Source: an uncultured delta proteobacterium (GTDB lineage: Bacteria; Myxococcota; Myxococcia; Myxococcales; Myxococcaceae). From it: DNA of 64,000 nt. The stretch spans positions 896,001 through 960,000 of the forward strand of contig CAWCKH010000004.1 in assembly GCA_963796055.1 (NCBI GenBank), in the 5' to 3' direction. The notes under the pieces were generated by a model, which searched no databases, was not told where the DNA came from, and saw only the letters and a list, made by a program, of their open reading frames with translations. Shown piece by piece: positions 53,558-64,000 of the stretch (position 1 is its first letter; every line of letters begins with the position of its first letter). The translations under genes were made by a program, and so were the position numbers.

Positions 53558-53719
53558 GGCCTAGGCGTGATGCTATCACGTGCATTCATGTTTGAAGGAC
53601 GACGACCGTAGCTTCCTGGGACGTGCGTGATGCTTGCACCCTGGAGGTTGCGCCGCCAGAGTCAATTGGCGCGAGAGGTCTGCGGCCTCAAGCGTCTGCT
53701 AAGGTAGCCCTCGCCTCCA

Positions 53720-54624
53720 ATGCGGAATCTGGCCCTCCTCCTGACGGATCTCGGCGCTCGTGTGGCACTTGCGTTTGGCCCTGCCGAACGGCTGACTGCG
53801 GGCCGGCATCCGGAGGCCGAGACTACGAAGGCGCTTGAAACTTGGTGCGGTCGCGCTGGGGTACACCCGTGTCCTTCGGAGCCGTGCACTTCGCATCGCT
53901 CAGCTGGATGGGTATCGGTTCTGGGTCAACGTTGCAGAACCGCTCGGCATCGACCCCTACTTTTTTGGTCGGCCGGGAACGGCGTGGCTCGCTTCCGGCC
54001 TCGTTCGGCCGGGCGACGTCTGTGTCGACGTCGGAGCCAACGCCGGGCACTACACGTTCATGTGCGCACATGCTGTCGGCGAATCCGGAAGAGTCATCTC
54101 GCTCGAGCCGAACCCTGAATTCGCGTCACTTCTTCGAAGGTCCGTCAGCCTCAATGGCTATCAAAAGAGGGTCCGGGTCAAGCAGCTCGCCCTCGCAGCA
54201 ACGAGAGAGAACTCCGTGGTCTTTCACGTCTCGGATGCCCCTGGCAACACGGGGACGTCGTCGCTCGTGGAACACGGATGGTTCTCGGAGGGAGCTCACG
54301 CCATCGAGGTCGCGACGACCACTCTGGACGAGAATCTTCGCCGAAGCCAGCTGCGAGAGATTTCGCCTCGTGAAAATCGACGTGGAGCGGGCGGAAGACG
54401 CCGTGCTCTCCGGCGCAAAGGACGTCCTCGGTCGGCAGCTGGTTGACTATTTTATTGTCGAGCTGCGGACCGGGACGATAGCACATCGGCTCCTCGCGGA
54501 CGCCGGTTACGAGGGCTTCTTGCTAGACGAGGGAAAGCGGGTTGTCATCCCCGTGACGGATGTTCCGGACGGCTTCTTTGGAGATTATCTGTTCACACGG
54601 CCGGGACTAAGGGTCGCATCATGA
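53720..54624 (+). CDS. FkbM-family methyltransferase, frameshifts near 53832 and 54337
   Basis: VDVGANAGHY, SLEPNP, VKIDVE. Confidence 0.85.
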
Positions 54625-54770
54625 CGCCACCGTCGCGGGGTCACGGCCGGCCGAGGCAGTCGAGCTCAGCCGGCCCGCATGCCGAGCAGTCTCCCCTGCG
54701 TGTCAGGGCCAGCGGCGCCGACGCGAAGTGTACTGGTCGCTCCCGACCAGGCTCGGTTACCTGCTCTAGC

Positions 54771-55424
54771 ATGAAGATCGCCATCCTCACCTTCGAAGGA
54801 TTCAACGAGATCGATTCGTTCGTCGCCTCGTGCATGATCAACCGGGTGGTCCGGCCCGGGTGGAAGGCCGAGATCACCTGCCCGGCTCCGGTGGTCACGT
54901 CGGGGAGAGGCGTTCGGGCCAGCGCGCCAGCAACCGCTCGAGTTCGCCAGCTCCGCCGACGCGGTCCTCGTGGGGAGCGGCGTGCTGACGGGACGGCTGG
55001 TCGAGGATCGCGAGACGATGTCCCGCCTCGCGCTCGACTCGCGGCAACAGCTGGTCGGCTCCCAGTGCTCGGGCGCGCTGATCCTGACGAAGCTCGGCGT
55101 GCTGGGGGTCTTGCCGGCCTGCACCGACCACGGGACGCGCCCCTTGCTCGAGGCGGCGGGAGTCCGTGTCCTGGAGATCCTGGAGCAGCCCCTCTTCGCG
55201 AGCGGCAACGTGGCGACGGCGGGTGGCTGCCTGTCGTCGCACTACCTCGCAACCTGGTTCATCTGGCGGCTGGCAGGTCGCTCCGCGGCGGAGGAGGCGC
55301 TCGCCTCGCTCCCGTCGGGCAAGAGTCCGAGTACAAGTCGCGGGCGATGGGCGTCGTCGGCGAGTTCATCGCTGAGCAGGCACCCCCCGAAGCTCAGTCC
55401 GTGAGTCGCGTCCTCGCGCCGTAG
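54771..55424 (+). CDS. DJ-1/PfpI family protein, frameshifts near 54925 and 55308
   Basis: ILTFEGFNEIDS, SQCSGAL nucleophile elbow, ATAGGCL. Confidence 0.82.
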   Translation: MKIAILTFEGFNEIDSFVASCMINRVVRPGWKAEITCPAPVVTSGRGVRASAPATARVRQLRRRGPRGERRADGTAGRGSRDDVPPRARLAATAGRLPVLGRADPDEARRAGGLAGLHRPRDAPLARGGGSPCPGDPGAAPLRERQRGDGGWLPVVALPRNLVHLAAGRSLRGGGGARLAPVGQESEYKSRAMGVVGEFIAEQAPPEAQSVSRVLAP

Positions 55425-55584
55425 AAGGCGAGCAGGCGGGGTGAGGACCCTGGGCGCCCCTCGGCGCCGCTTGGATTCTTGCGCACGTAGCGAGCAGGGC
55501 TGGAACCTCGGTGAGCCCGAGGGGACGCCGCCACGAAGCCCTCCCCTCCAACGATAGACGATCCCCTAGAGCTCCTCCAGAGGC

Positions 55585-57582
55585 TCAGCGGAGCTGGAGA
55601 TCGTCGAGGGGAATGGGCACTGCGTTGAACGCCGTGCCACACGAGCCGTTGCTCGGGTACTCGAAGTCGAAGATGACGCGATGATCGGCGTCGAGGCCAA
55701 GCAGCCGAGTCTTCGCTCCTCCATCGATAAAGGCGTAGTCGACGAGCAGCGATTTCCCGGACGCTTCATATGCGCCGGAGCAGACGATCGAAGAGATTGT
55801 CTGGTCGTGGTCAAACTCCCAGACCTGCTGAGCGGTCATCGTCACGGGGTCGATGGAATAGGCTGAGACGGCACTGTAGGACCGAAACTGGCCCCCTGGT
55901 TCACCCGGCGGCTGGTTGACGCTCCCGAACCCGTTGTTGAAGACCATGAGGAGCCCCTCCGAGGTGATGGACGTGGCGTGCTGCCCGATTGGATAGAGGC
56001 CGCCGCCGACCAGCCTCAGCGCCTTCGCCCTCAGGGAGGGGAAGGTGTACCAGTACTTCGTCGGATCCCCGAAGATCCAGATCGGCGCTCCGGTCGCATA
56101 GTCGAGCTTGATGACGAAGTTCTCGCGACTGGAGATGATGACGCTGTCGTCCCCGGGGTCATACGTCGCCGCGTTGTTGTGAAACCAGTCGACCTCTGGG
56201 CGCACGAAAGCGCCGGCATCGTCGCCGTGGCTGTTCATGTAGGCGGCGAGCAAGGTCGCCATGTCCCAGGTCTGAAAGATGAACCCGGAAGGGCCCATAT
56301 CCGCCACCGTGGCCTCGACGCCAGCGGTGGTGTCGAACTCGACGAGCACTCCTCGCTTCCCCGGATTGATGTTGTGGTGAAAGTTGACCACGTTCGAATC
56401 GAGGATTGACGAGCTCGTCGCGGTTCCGTCGAGCTCGTTGCGCCCGAATTCCCCCGAGTGCTCGCTTCCAATCACGAAGCCACCGTTCTCGAACAGGATT
56501 GCTGCTGTTCCCTCCCCGCTCCCAACCCACCGGATGACGCCATCGGTGTCGAGGACCACCACCGGCCCGATGCGAGACTTCAGCGCGAAGAAGTCGAATC
56601 CGAGAGAGCTCCCGGGTGCCCGGGCGATGAGAATGTTCGGGTGATTGTAGATCCCGAGCGGGTCCGCGTAGGGCGCCGTCGCTATCTCGAAGGGGAGGGT
56701 CTGGCTGAACTGGCCGTTGAACTGAAGCTCGATCTCGAGGGTGTTGGAGAACCCCGCGTAGAGCCCGAAGACTGGCAGCGTGATCGTCGATCCACTCACG
56801 TACCCTCGGCTCTGCAGGCGTTCGAGTGTATAGGTGACGCTGACCGGCTTCGAGGCGCTCCCTGCCTTCGGTTGCACGACGTATCCGACACTCTGCAGGC
56901 TGTCCAGGGAGGGCGCAGAGAGCTCGACGAAGCTGATGAACGGAGTTCGGCCCGGAGCACTCGAGACGACCGAGAAGGTTGGAGCCGCCGTGACCGTCGC
57001 GGTTCCCGACTTCGACACGTCCTCCACGCTTGTGGCGGTCACCGAGTAGACGCCAGCCGCCGCGGGGGCGGTGTAGGTGACCGGATTCGCGCTCGCACTG
57101 TCGAGCGTGCCCCCCGAGACGGTCCAGGTGACTGCCGTGTTCTGGGTCCCTGAGACCACAGCGGTGAACTGTTGCAACGTCCCCTGCGCGCGGGTGACGG
57201 TGGTGGGAGTCACCGAGACGGTCACCGCGGTGACCGTGATGCTCACCGTGGCCGAGCGCGTGGGGTCTGCGACACTGGTAGCCGTGACCGAGTAGGTGCC
57301 GGGCGTGGTCGGCGCGGTATACGTGACCGAGTTCGCGCTGGTGCTGTGGAGCGTTCCTCCGGTCACACTCCAGATCACGGCCTCGTTCTCCGCTCCAGTC
57401 ACCGTCGCAGAGAAGAGCTGGGTTTGGCCCGTTCTCAACGTGGACGTCGTGGGGCTGACGGCGATCGCCACCGGCCCAGCCGCGTTCTCACCACAGCTGA
57501 CCCACAGACTGGCGACGAGTGCCAGCGAAACGAAAGAGTGCGCGGCACCAGACCTCACGTGATTCCTCCAATGCATCTTCAC
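55585..57582 (-). CDS. Arylsulfate sulfotransferase (ASST) lipoprotein with N-terminal Ig-like repeats
   Basis: VSC lipobox-like; two Thr/Val-rich Ig repeats (VTYTAP...YSVTATS); LPVFGLY, FHH, DWFHNNA, ISSR, GQHA. Confidence 0.85.
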   Translation of the reverse strand: MKMHWRNHVRSGAAHSFVSLALVASLWVSCGENAAGPVAIAVSPTTSTLRTGQTQLFSATVTGAENEAVIWSVTGGTLHSTSANSVTYTAPTTPGTYSVTATSVADPTRSATVSITVTAVTVSVTPTTVTRAQGTLQQFTAVVSGTQNTAVTWTVSGGTLDSASANPVTYTAPAAAGVYSVTATSVEDVSKSGTATVTAAPTFSVVSSAPGRTPFISFVELSAPSLDSLQSVGYVVQPKAGSASKPVSVTYTLERLQSRGYVSGSTITLPVFGLYAGFSNTLEIELQFNGQFSQTLPFEIATAPYADPLGIYNHPNILIARAPGSSLGFDFFALKSRIGPVVVLDTDGVIRWVGSGEGTAAILFENGGFVIGSEHSGEFGRNELDGTATSSSILDSNVVNFHHNINPGKRGVLVEFDTTAGVEATVADMGPSGFIFQTWDMATLLAAYMNSHGDDAGAFVRPEVDWFHNNAATYDPGDDSVIISSRENFVIKLDYATGAPIWIFGDPTKYWYTFPSLRAKALRLVGGGLYPIGQHATSITSEGLLMVFNNGFGSVNQPPGEPGGQFRSYSAVSAYSIDPVTMTAQQVWEFDHDQTISSIVCSGAYEASGKSLLVDYAFIDGGAKTRLLGLDADHRVIFDFEYPSNGSCGTAFNAVPIPLDDLQLR

Positions 57583-57842
57583 TCAGGGGGTGACGATGAC
57601 CGCAGCAAGAAACTCGATCGATGTGACAAAGTCCAACGACTACCCGGGTTGGCGAGCCGTGGACCAGGTGAGGCGTGTCGCTTCCGCCAGCGAGGGGACG
57701 GCGACGGGACCGGGGGCCGCCCGGTGTGGGTGCTTACCGCTGCCGAGGATAGAGCACCCCCGGGCCATGGTCAGGCTGGGGCGAGTCTCGAACGTCGGAC
57801 GGCACTCACCAGAAGCCGAGCTGTGGTCCCAACACGCCGCAC

Positions 57843-58034
57843 CTAGAGATACGAGAGCAGAGCCTCGATCTCGAAGGGCTTCTTCAGCTCGCTGATGATC
57901 TTTGGGTGCGGTGGCGTCGACGCTATACACCCGGTCATGACCACCACCCGCTCGTCTCCACTCGAGCCGGGCCCATCGAGCGCCTTCAGGAACTCGAAGC
58001 CGTCCATCACCGGCATGAGGAGATCGAGCAGCGG
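57843..58034 (-). pseudogene. N-terminally truncated response-regulator receiver fragment
   Basis: LLDLLMPVMDGFEFL, VVVMTG, KKPF present; the first ~50 aa with the acidic DD pocket are missing. Confidence 0.75.
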
Positions 58035-58270
58035 GTCGAACATTGGCCTTCAGCGACTCCCAGAGATCCGGTTCCGTCCTCGGGGCGACGAAGCGTCGAG
58101 CCCGAGGGTCGATTCGGAGAGGTCTCGTCGTTGACGGGCCAGTCCACCCCGCGCTTCCCAGCCGCGACGGCGGCGATCGATTCGTACAGAGGTCGGAGCG
58201 CGGTGATCACCGGATGCCCTGGGCCAAGCAGGCGGCTGACAAGCGAACCCGAGCGCGTCAAGAGTCGCAT
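58035..58270 (-). pseudogene. 5' fragment of a probable FkbM-type methyltransferase
   Basis: MRLLTRSG...PVNDET then, after a frameshift near 58120, LRIDPRARRFVAPRTEPDLWESLKANVRP; ends where the SAM-binding motif would begin. Confidence 0.55.
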
Positions 58271-58281
58271 TCCCGTCGGCC

Positions 58282-59827
58282 TCAGACCAATCGGAGAGAG
58301 AGAAGTGCCTGACGTAGTCGCGGACCTAGCGGAAGGCTCCTGGTCAGTGGCCGCATCGCAAACAGATAGACCAGCGTCGATGCGCCGCCGGCGGCGATGC
58401 GCTCCGGCCAGATGCGCGAGACGGCTCGATGGCAGCACCATCTCGATGCGCGAGACGGCGAGACCCGTCAGAAACGCGAGGAGGAGACACGGAAGACCTC
58501 TCACCATCCACGGTGCGAACACGGAATTCCTGAGATCGAGGCGGGCAATAGACGTCATCGAGGTCAGGAGCCGCACCCCGGCTGGGAGCGTCGAAAGAAG
58601 GGCGCTGACGGTTGTCGCGAGCGCGACGCCCGGAAGCCCCCAGATCTTGCCGAGGACGAGGGCAAGGAGAACGTGGAGGATGCCGTTGACCGCCGTCAGT
58701 AATCCCACCGTCATCCGTCGACCCAGCACTCCGATCGGCGTCACCAGTGCGTGCACGACGCTGAGTACGATGACATCCAATGCAAACAATGCGTTCAGCG
58801 TCGGTCCTCCGAACAGTCCGCTGCCCACCCAAGCGCTGACGAAGCTTCCGTTGCCGGCGAGAACGGCGCACGCCACGACGCCTGCTGCGAGGAGATGGAA
58901 GCGAAGAAGAGCGATGACCACGCCACCAACTCGCGCGAGCCCATCCTGCGCTTTCATGTGGGCGAGTCCCACCGACGTGCTATCGGGCAACGTCCATGAC
59001 AGCTGCATTAGCGTCAGGCCGAGCCGGGAGGTGATCGCGAACACCGGAACGAGTTCCCGGCCTCCGAGATAGCCGATAATCACCGCGTCGGACGCGAATG
59101 CGAGCTGCCACCCAAGAGAAGCGAGCCATTGGCCACCGCCCGAGGAGAGCAGCGACTTGAACGACGCCCAGTCGAGAGCGAGGCGGGCTGAAAAGAGATG
59201 TCGATCCAGTGCGAAGGTGCGCGCTGCGGCCACCGCGCCGGCGAGGAAGCCGGGGAGTGAAGCCCCCAGCGCCACTCCATACAGCGGAGCACTCGCCCGC
59301 GCGAAGCCAACGACTAGGGCGACGTTCAGCAGGCTCTGAAACAAGCCGAGAACTCCGAGGAACGAATAGTCCTGGAGGCCCTGGCGATAGGCAAGTGCGA
59401 GCCTCAACGGGTATCCGAGTGCCGTGAAGGCGACCATCACCATGACGGGGCCCAGCAGTGCGTCTCGCTCGGCGCCAGTCAGATGGAGGAGGCCGGGCAA
59501 GAGCTGCCAGAGGCAGAGGGCGACGATCAAGTGCACCACTGCGCCAGCCAGCGCGACAGCAAGCCCGTGGGCACACAGGCGCCTCAGGAGGACCACGTCT
59601 CTCGCGCCATCGGCCTCGGCAAAGAGCCAAGGCATCACCCCCAGGATGCCTAGATCCGCCAGCGAGGCGTAGGCGAAGAGCGCGCCCGTGGCCAGCCAGG
59701 TCCCGTAGAGGTTCTGGCCGAGAGACCCTATGAGGAATCGGGTGAGGAAGAGCCCGGTGAGTACGGCCAGGACCCATTGAACGTACGTGAACGCGGTTGC
59801 GACCAGCGCGTTACGTCTTCGACTCAT
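58282..59827 (-). CDS. Wzx-type polysaccharide flippase (MOP superfamily), frameshift near 58400
   Basis: LGQNLYGTW, LADLG, about 12 TM helices; corrected frame ends ...LLSLRLV at TGA 58282-58284. Confidence 0.85.
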
Positions 59828-60737
59828 CCGGTCGTGTCCATGCGGAGTTCACGTGGAGCATGCGACTCGCCTTGCGTAGGCCATAGCGAGAGACTTGACG
59901 GACGAGCTTGGGTAGGCTGAGGATCGATGGGCGACGCCACCAGCTTCGTCGGTCGCGTGGATGCTGTCGCTGGATCGTCGGCTGCCAGCGCTCGTGGAAG
60001 AGCCGCCCATTGGGAAGAACCATCGCCTTGTGCTTCTCGCCGGGGAGCTTGCCGAGAGTACTCGCCCCAAGGTGTGTAAAGGCCCCGAGCCGTTCGTAGT
60101 TGTGGGTCGCGACCAGCCAACCTCCCTCGCGGATCCGGTAGGCGAGGTCCGCCTCGTCCCATTCGATCGGGCAGAAGGCTTCGTCGAGTGGCCCCACTTT
60201 CTCGATGCATTCGCGCCTCACCACCCACGGGCGAATGACGATGTCGACTTCGGTCAGGCGTAGCCAGTTGAACGGACCCTCGCCGATGGTCGGTTGCATG
60301 TGCTCGGGAATGTGAAGATCCTCCCATCGCTCGATGGGCCTCTTCAAAGGGAACACGTGAAGACCTCGGATGAGACTTAGCAGACCGATCTCTGGATAGA
60401 CCCCGAACGTCCGGATGAGCTCGGGAACGAACCAGCGGGTCTCCAGGAACATGTCGTCGTCCCAGACCAAGAAAAGAGGGCTGCGCGCTTCCTTGAACCC
60501 GCGGTTGTTGCAGCGAACCTGATTGACGTCGTTCTCGTGTACCCAGCGGAGGAAGCGTCTCCCCCAGGCTGTCTTCTCTCTGGCCTTCAGGTAGTCGAAG
60601 GTGTCGTCCTTGCAGCCGTCCTCCACGACGATCAACTCGACGGGCTGGTCACTCGCGAAGCGCTCCCAGCTATCGAGGCACCTCTCGAGGATTGGACGGT
60701 TGTTAAAGGTGGGGATGATGACCGAGAGCTTCTTCAT
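59811..60737 (-). CDS. GT2 glycosyltransferase
   Basis: LSVIIPTFN, VVEDG, WDDD (DxD), DEADL. Confidence 0.92.
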   Translation of the reverse strand: MKKLSVIIPTFNNRPILERCLDSWERFASDQPVELIVVEDGCKDDTFDYLKAREKTAWGRRFLRWVHENDVNQVRCNNRGFKEARSPLFLVWDDDMFLETRWFVPELIRTFGVYPEIGLLSLIRGLHVFPLKRPIERWEDLHIPEHMQPTIGEGPFNWLRLTEVDIVIRPWVVRRECIEKVGPLDEAFCPIEWDEADLAYRIREGGWLVATHNYERLGAFTHLGASTLGKLPGEKHKAMVLPNGRLFHERWQPTIQRQHPRDRRSWWRRPSILSLPKLVRQVSRYGLRKASRMLHVNSAWTRPDESKT

Positions 60738-60832
60738 GGGTGGCTGAGAGCGGGCTGACCTTCGGGCAAACATGATTTGCTAGGAGACGCGGTGCTAATC
60801 CCTGACACCTTGGCGCCAATCGAACGATCTCG

Positions 60833-61967
60833 CTATATCGTCTCGGCTAGGTCGAGGATCTCGTCCGCCATCTCGGACCAGGAACGGGAAGAGAGTTGGG
60901 GCGCGAATTCGGAAGCTGCTTGCGCGTAGCGTCCGGCATGGTCGCGCCAGTCGGTGAGCTTCGCCGCAAGTTCATCCACGTTCTGCGGATCGACCAGTAG
61001 GAGGGGACGGAGGCTCGGAGGGTAGCGTTCCGCGATGCCGGCCTTTGCGGACACGATGGCCGGGACGCGGGCGCAGAGCGCCTCGTGCACCGCAAGCCCA
61101 TATGGCTCGTAACGCGTCGGCGCCACGATGCAGTCGACCGCGCCCAACAACGTAGGGACGTCCGTTCTGAACCCCAGGAACTGAACCGAGCCCGAGAGCC
61201 GGAGCGCGGTCGCTTCACGCTCAAAATCCGTCCTCGCCGGACCATCTCCAGCCACAAGGAGCTCAACCGGCCAGTCACCTCTTCGTTTCAGTACTGCCCA
61301 GGCCTTCAAGAGCGTATCCAGTCCCTTCCTGCGGTCGCCGATGCCACCGACGAACATTGCACGCTGCACGCCCGGTTTCAGGCCGGCCTCACGCTCGCAT
61401 TGGCTCCGCGGATTTTGTCTCGCACCCAACTCTGGATCGGTTCCGTAGTAGACGGACCTCACTCGTGTTCGATCAAGCGGGTAGTGCGACAGCAAATCCT
61501 CCCGGCAGCGATTGGAATCCGCGATCAGCACTCTGGCCGATGCAAAGGCGAGACGCTCGCGCCGGACGTAGCGCGCATGCCGGTATCGCCGATACAGACC
61601 TGCTCGGCCACCGCCTTCCACTGCCGGTTCGGCGGCGTGCACGTAGTGCACCCAGTTCAGGTCGGCCCCGAGCAGATTGCCGCCGTTGGCAAGAACGACG
61701 GCCTTCGGGTAGCGACGCCTGGCCAGATTCCCGAGCTGCTCCAGGACGGCCTCACCGAGCAAGATCGAACGAGAACGGCTTGGGCACCTTCCACAGCTCG
61801 AGCCGCGGCCAACCAAGGGTCCCCGGCTCCACCCCGTGTGTGACTGCCGTGACCTCAAGGCCGCGCTCGAGTGCCCGCTCGACCAAGGCGAGGTTCGGAC
61901 GGTCCATTCCCCCAGTCCGGACGAGCCTCGGAGCCACGACGATCAGCCGCCGCACCTCATGGCCCAT
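60833..61967 (-). CDS. GT4 glycosyltransferase, frameshift near 61775
   Basis: GGMDRPN N-terminus in ORF 61752-62009; RKGLD and YEPYGLAVHEA in ORF 60833-61858. Confidence 0.87.
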
Positions 61968-63312
61968 CCGATGAGTCCGATCGCGCCGCTTGCCCAACCG
62001 CCAACCCATTGAACATCCAGAACTCCAGGCCGAGCTGCGAACTCATCACCGGCGCGTTGAAGGTCAGCGCGCACAACGCCGCGCCCAGTGCCGCCAGGAC
62101 TCCCAGCAGAATCAGTCCCTCCCCCGACGACTTTCGGGCCTCGCTCACGAGGGAAAGCTCGGCCACGATCAAGAGACAGAGGTAGAGGAGGACAAGGGGT
62201 ACGCCTCCGTCGATCGCCCATCCCGTCCACTGAACCTCGGCATGGATCGCCGGAGCTCCGGCCTCGTCCGCGAAGTACTGGTTCATCATCCCCCAGCGAC
62301 CGAGCCCTGCGCCCAGGGGATTGTTCGGCAAGAAATCGACAACCGTATTCTGCAAGAAAGCTCCTCGGTTCCTGTAGTACAAGTCTCCGGGAGCTTCCGA
62401 CGTGAGCGTCGCGAGCCGGGATCCGACGGTCGGGCCAGCCTGAGTCAGCGCCCAGCCGACGGCCACCGCGATGATTCCTCCAAGGAGAAAGACGAGCCTC
62501 CGCGCGAGGTCGCCCCGGCCTCGCGATACAAGCAGACCTGCGAGGAAGAGCAGACCGCCGACAGTCACGATCTGGATCGAGCGAACCTGACAGATCAAGA
62601 GGGTAAAGGTCGCCATCGTCGTGAGCACCAGCACCCCGAGTCGCACCAGGAGCCGTCCAGGTCTAAGAAACCAGTAGCAGCTACCCACAATCACGTAGAG
62701 GGCGGAGACCGCCGCGCCACCTGGGAGATCCGTCAGACCCATCGGTCGCAAGACGCTGACTCCATCGGCCCGTTCGAACGAGAGGCTCGCGACGTAATCG
62801 AGACCGAAATGGGAGAGCTGTTCGGAAGGACTGAAGGCGAACGTCTCCGGCCAGTAAAACTGAAGGACGCCGATGCCTGCACTCAGTGCGTGGAATGTCC
62901 ACCAGATCGTAAACAGCAAGGCGAAACGGTTGCTGCTCAGCTCGATGCGCCTCGTCCAGAAAAGGGGCGCAAGTATGGCGGCGGAGAGTCCCGCTTGGGC
63001 GACCGCGGCCAGCGTTCCTCCGTTCGTAGGATTGAGCAGCATCACGCCGGTAAGTAGGAGCGCCGCCACTGCCCAGGGCTTGGCCGGATGTCGACGGGAA
63101 GGGCCGCGAACTACGACGAGCATCGACAGGCTGCCGAGGAAGGGCAGCGTGCGAAGGATTGTCCTGAGTCCCAAGGGAGGCCCAAACGTCATTGCGACCT
63201 GGGCCAAGAGACAGGCGACCAGGAAGCCGAAAAGCAGGCGTACGTTCCAGGCTTGGGCGTCCTGAGCAGCACGCACGTCGGAGCGCTGCCATTGCTCGCT
63301 CAGGTTGGTCAT
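61957..63312 (-). CDS. Wzy-like polysaccharide polymerase/O-antigen ligase-type membrane protein
   Basis: About 11 TM helices, RPMG loop, QVR, PLGAGLG and IHAE in a large late loop; glycan-cluster context. Confidence 0.7.
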   Translation of the reverse strand: MTNLSEQWQRSDVRAAQDAQAWNVRLLFGFLVACLLAQVAMTFGPPLGLRTILRTLPFLGSLSMLVVVRGPSRRHPAKPWAVAALLLTGVMLLNPTNGGTLAAVAQAGLSAAILAPLFWTRRIELSSNRFALLFTIWWTFHALSAGIGVLQFYWPETFAFSPSEQLSHFGLDYVASLSFERADGVSVLRPMGLTDLPGGAAVSALYVIVGSCYWFLRPGRLLVRLGVLVLTTMATFTLLICQVRSIQIVTVGGLLFLAGLLVSRGRGDLARRLVFLLGGIIAVAVGWALTQAGPTVGSRLATLTSEAPGDLYYRNRGAFLQNTVVDFLPNNPLGAGLGRWGMMNQYFADEAGAPAIHAEVQWTGWAIDGGVPLVLLYLCLLIVAELSLVSEARKSSGEGLILLGVLAALGAALCALTFNAPVMSSQLGLEFWMFNGLAVGQAARSDSSDGP

Positions 63313-64000
63313 CGGAGCATCACCGACCGGGCGGCGCCTGGGCCCCCGCCGGGCCCGTGACCTGGTGAATGGCTCGTCCCGAGCACATTGTGAATGGACT
63401 GCACCAGCGCGGTGACGGTCGTCGCCTCTCCACAGATCGCGTCGGCCCGGACCGGTCCACGCGACCCGAGCCTCCTGCGAGCTTCCGGATCGTCGACGAG
63501 CTGGGACAGAGCTCCAGCCACATCCGACGCCTGGGGAGGCACCAGGATGCCGACGGTGGCGTCGACCGCCTCCCTCGCGCCGCCCATGTCTGTGCTGATC
63601 ACCGGAAGTCCGGCATACATCGCTTCCACGAAGACAAGCCCGAACGCCTCCGGCGCAATGTTGGGTTGGCAGAACACGTCCGACGCTTGAAGAAGCTCCT
63701 GGACATCGGAGCGTTCGCCCAGGAGCACGAGCCGACCGTCGAGCTCGCCGACAAAGCGCTCAAGCTTCTCCCTCAATGCTCTCTCCGAAGGCCGCGAGCC
63801 CCCTCCCACCAGGATCGCACGCCAGCTCGTCCGCGTCCGAAGGCGCTTTAGCGCCTCGGCCAGCAACAGGTGGCCTTTGTACTCCTCGAATCGACTGACC
63901 TGGATGATCGCAACCTCGTCAGAGCGCAAGCCAAGCTGATTACGAATCCGTTCGCGGTCATACCGAGGCGGCGCTGGAACGGTGCACCGAACGACTGACG
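63309..64000 (-). CDS. GT4 glycosyltransferase (5' end outside window)
   Basis: SRFEEYKGH, PEAFGLVFVEAMYAGLP. Confidence 0.88.
   Translation of the reverse strand, partial: SVVRCTVPAPPRYDRERIRNQLGLRSDEVAIIQVSRFEEYKGHLLLAEALKRLRTRTSWRAILVGGGSRPSERALREKLERFVGELDGRLVLLGERSDVQELLQASDVFCQPNIAPEAFGLVFVEAMYAGLPVISTDMGGAREAVDATVGILVPPQASDVAGALSQLVDDPEARRRLGSRGPVRADAICGEATTVTALVQSIHNVLGTSHSPGHGPGGGPGAARSVMLR

Noticed and set aside
57621..57637. CRP/FNR-like site upstream of the sulfotransferase (TGTGA-N6-CCAAC)
   Set aside because: Second half-site matches TCACA poorly
58007..59827. 606-aa Wzx fusion protein
   Set aside because: A frameshift near 58400 bypasses the flippase stop at 58282 and reads into the next gene fragment
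60810..60819. 10-bp palindrome TTGGCGCCAA upstream of the GT2 gene
   Set aside because: Too short to distinguish from chance, and no sigma54 -12 element at the correct spacing

Overview
High-GC window that reads as a myxobacterial (Myxococcales-like) chromosome segment, inferred from gene content and order. 1-15 kb: ssb, GST, a Tat-exported sugar-type ABC importer, BCP peroxiredoxin, a secreted VPS10/BNR propeller with a coupled partner, and an RND pump. 15-35 kb: dacB, an IS30 element inserted in a long palindrome, nhaA, Pal/OmpA, dtd, ptsN/hpf, S46 peptidase, 5'-nucleotidase, rpoN, lptBAC, lpxL, astB. 35.7-64 kb: a large surface-polysaccharide locus (O-antigen-ligase-TPR, UbiA/DPPR-synthase-like enzyme, ugd, nucleotidyltransferase, WecA-like initiator, gmd/rmd, about 10 glycosyltransferases, SAM and FkbM methyltransferases, Wzx, Wzy-like). 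It is interrupted by a ~3.4 kb DJ-1 / Ig-arylsulfotransferase / truncated receiver segment. Many genes from 22 kb onward, mostly 33-62 kb, are split by small indels that look like long-read errors, so their coordinates are reconstructed. The most notable non-coding signals are an exact 86-bp tandem duplication, a dispersed 28-bp GC repeat shared by the dacB and rpoN upstream regions, a ~156-nt rod-like palindrome targeted by IS30, and a sigma54-like site directly upstream of rpoN. All product calls come from motif recognition; no database searches were run.
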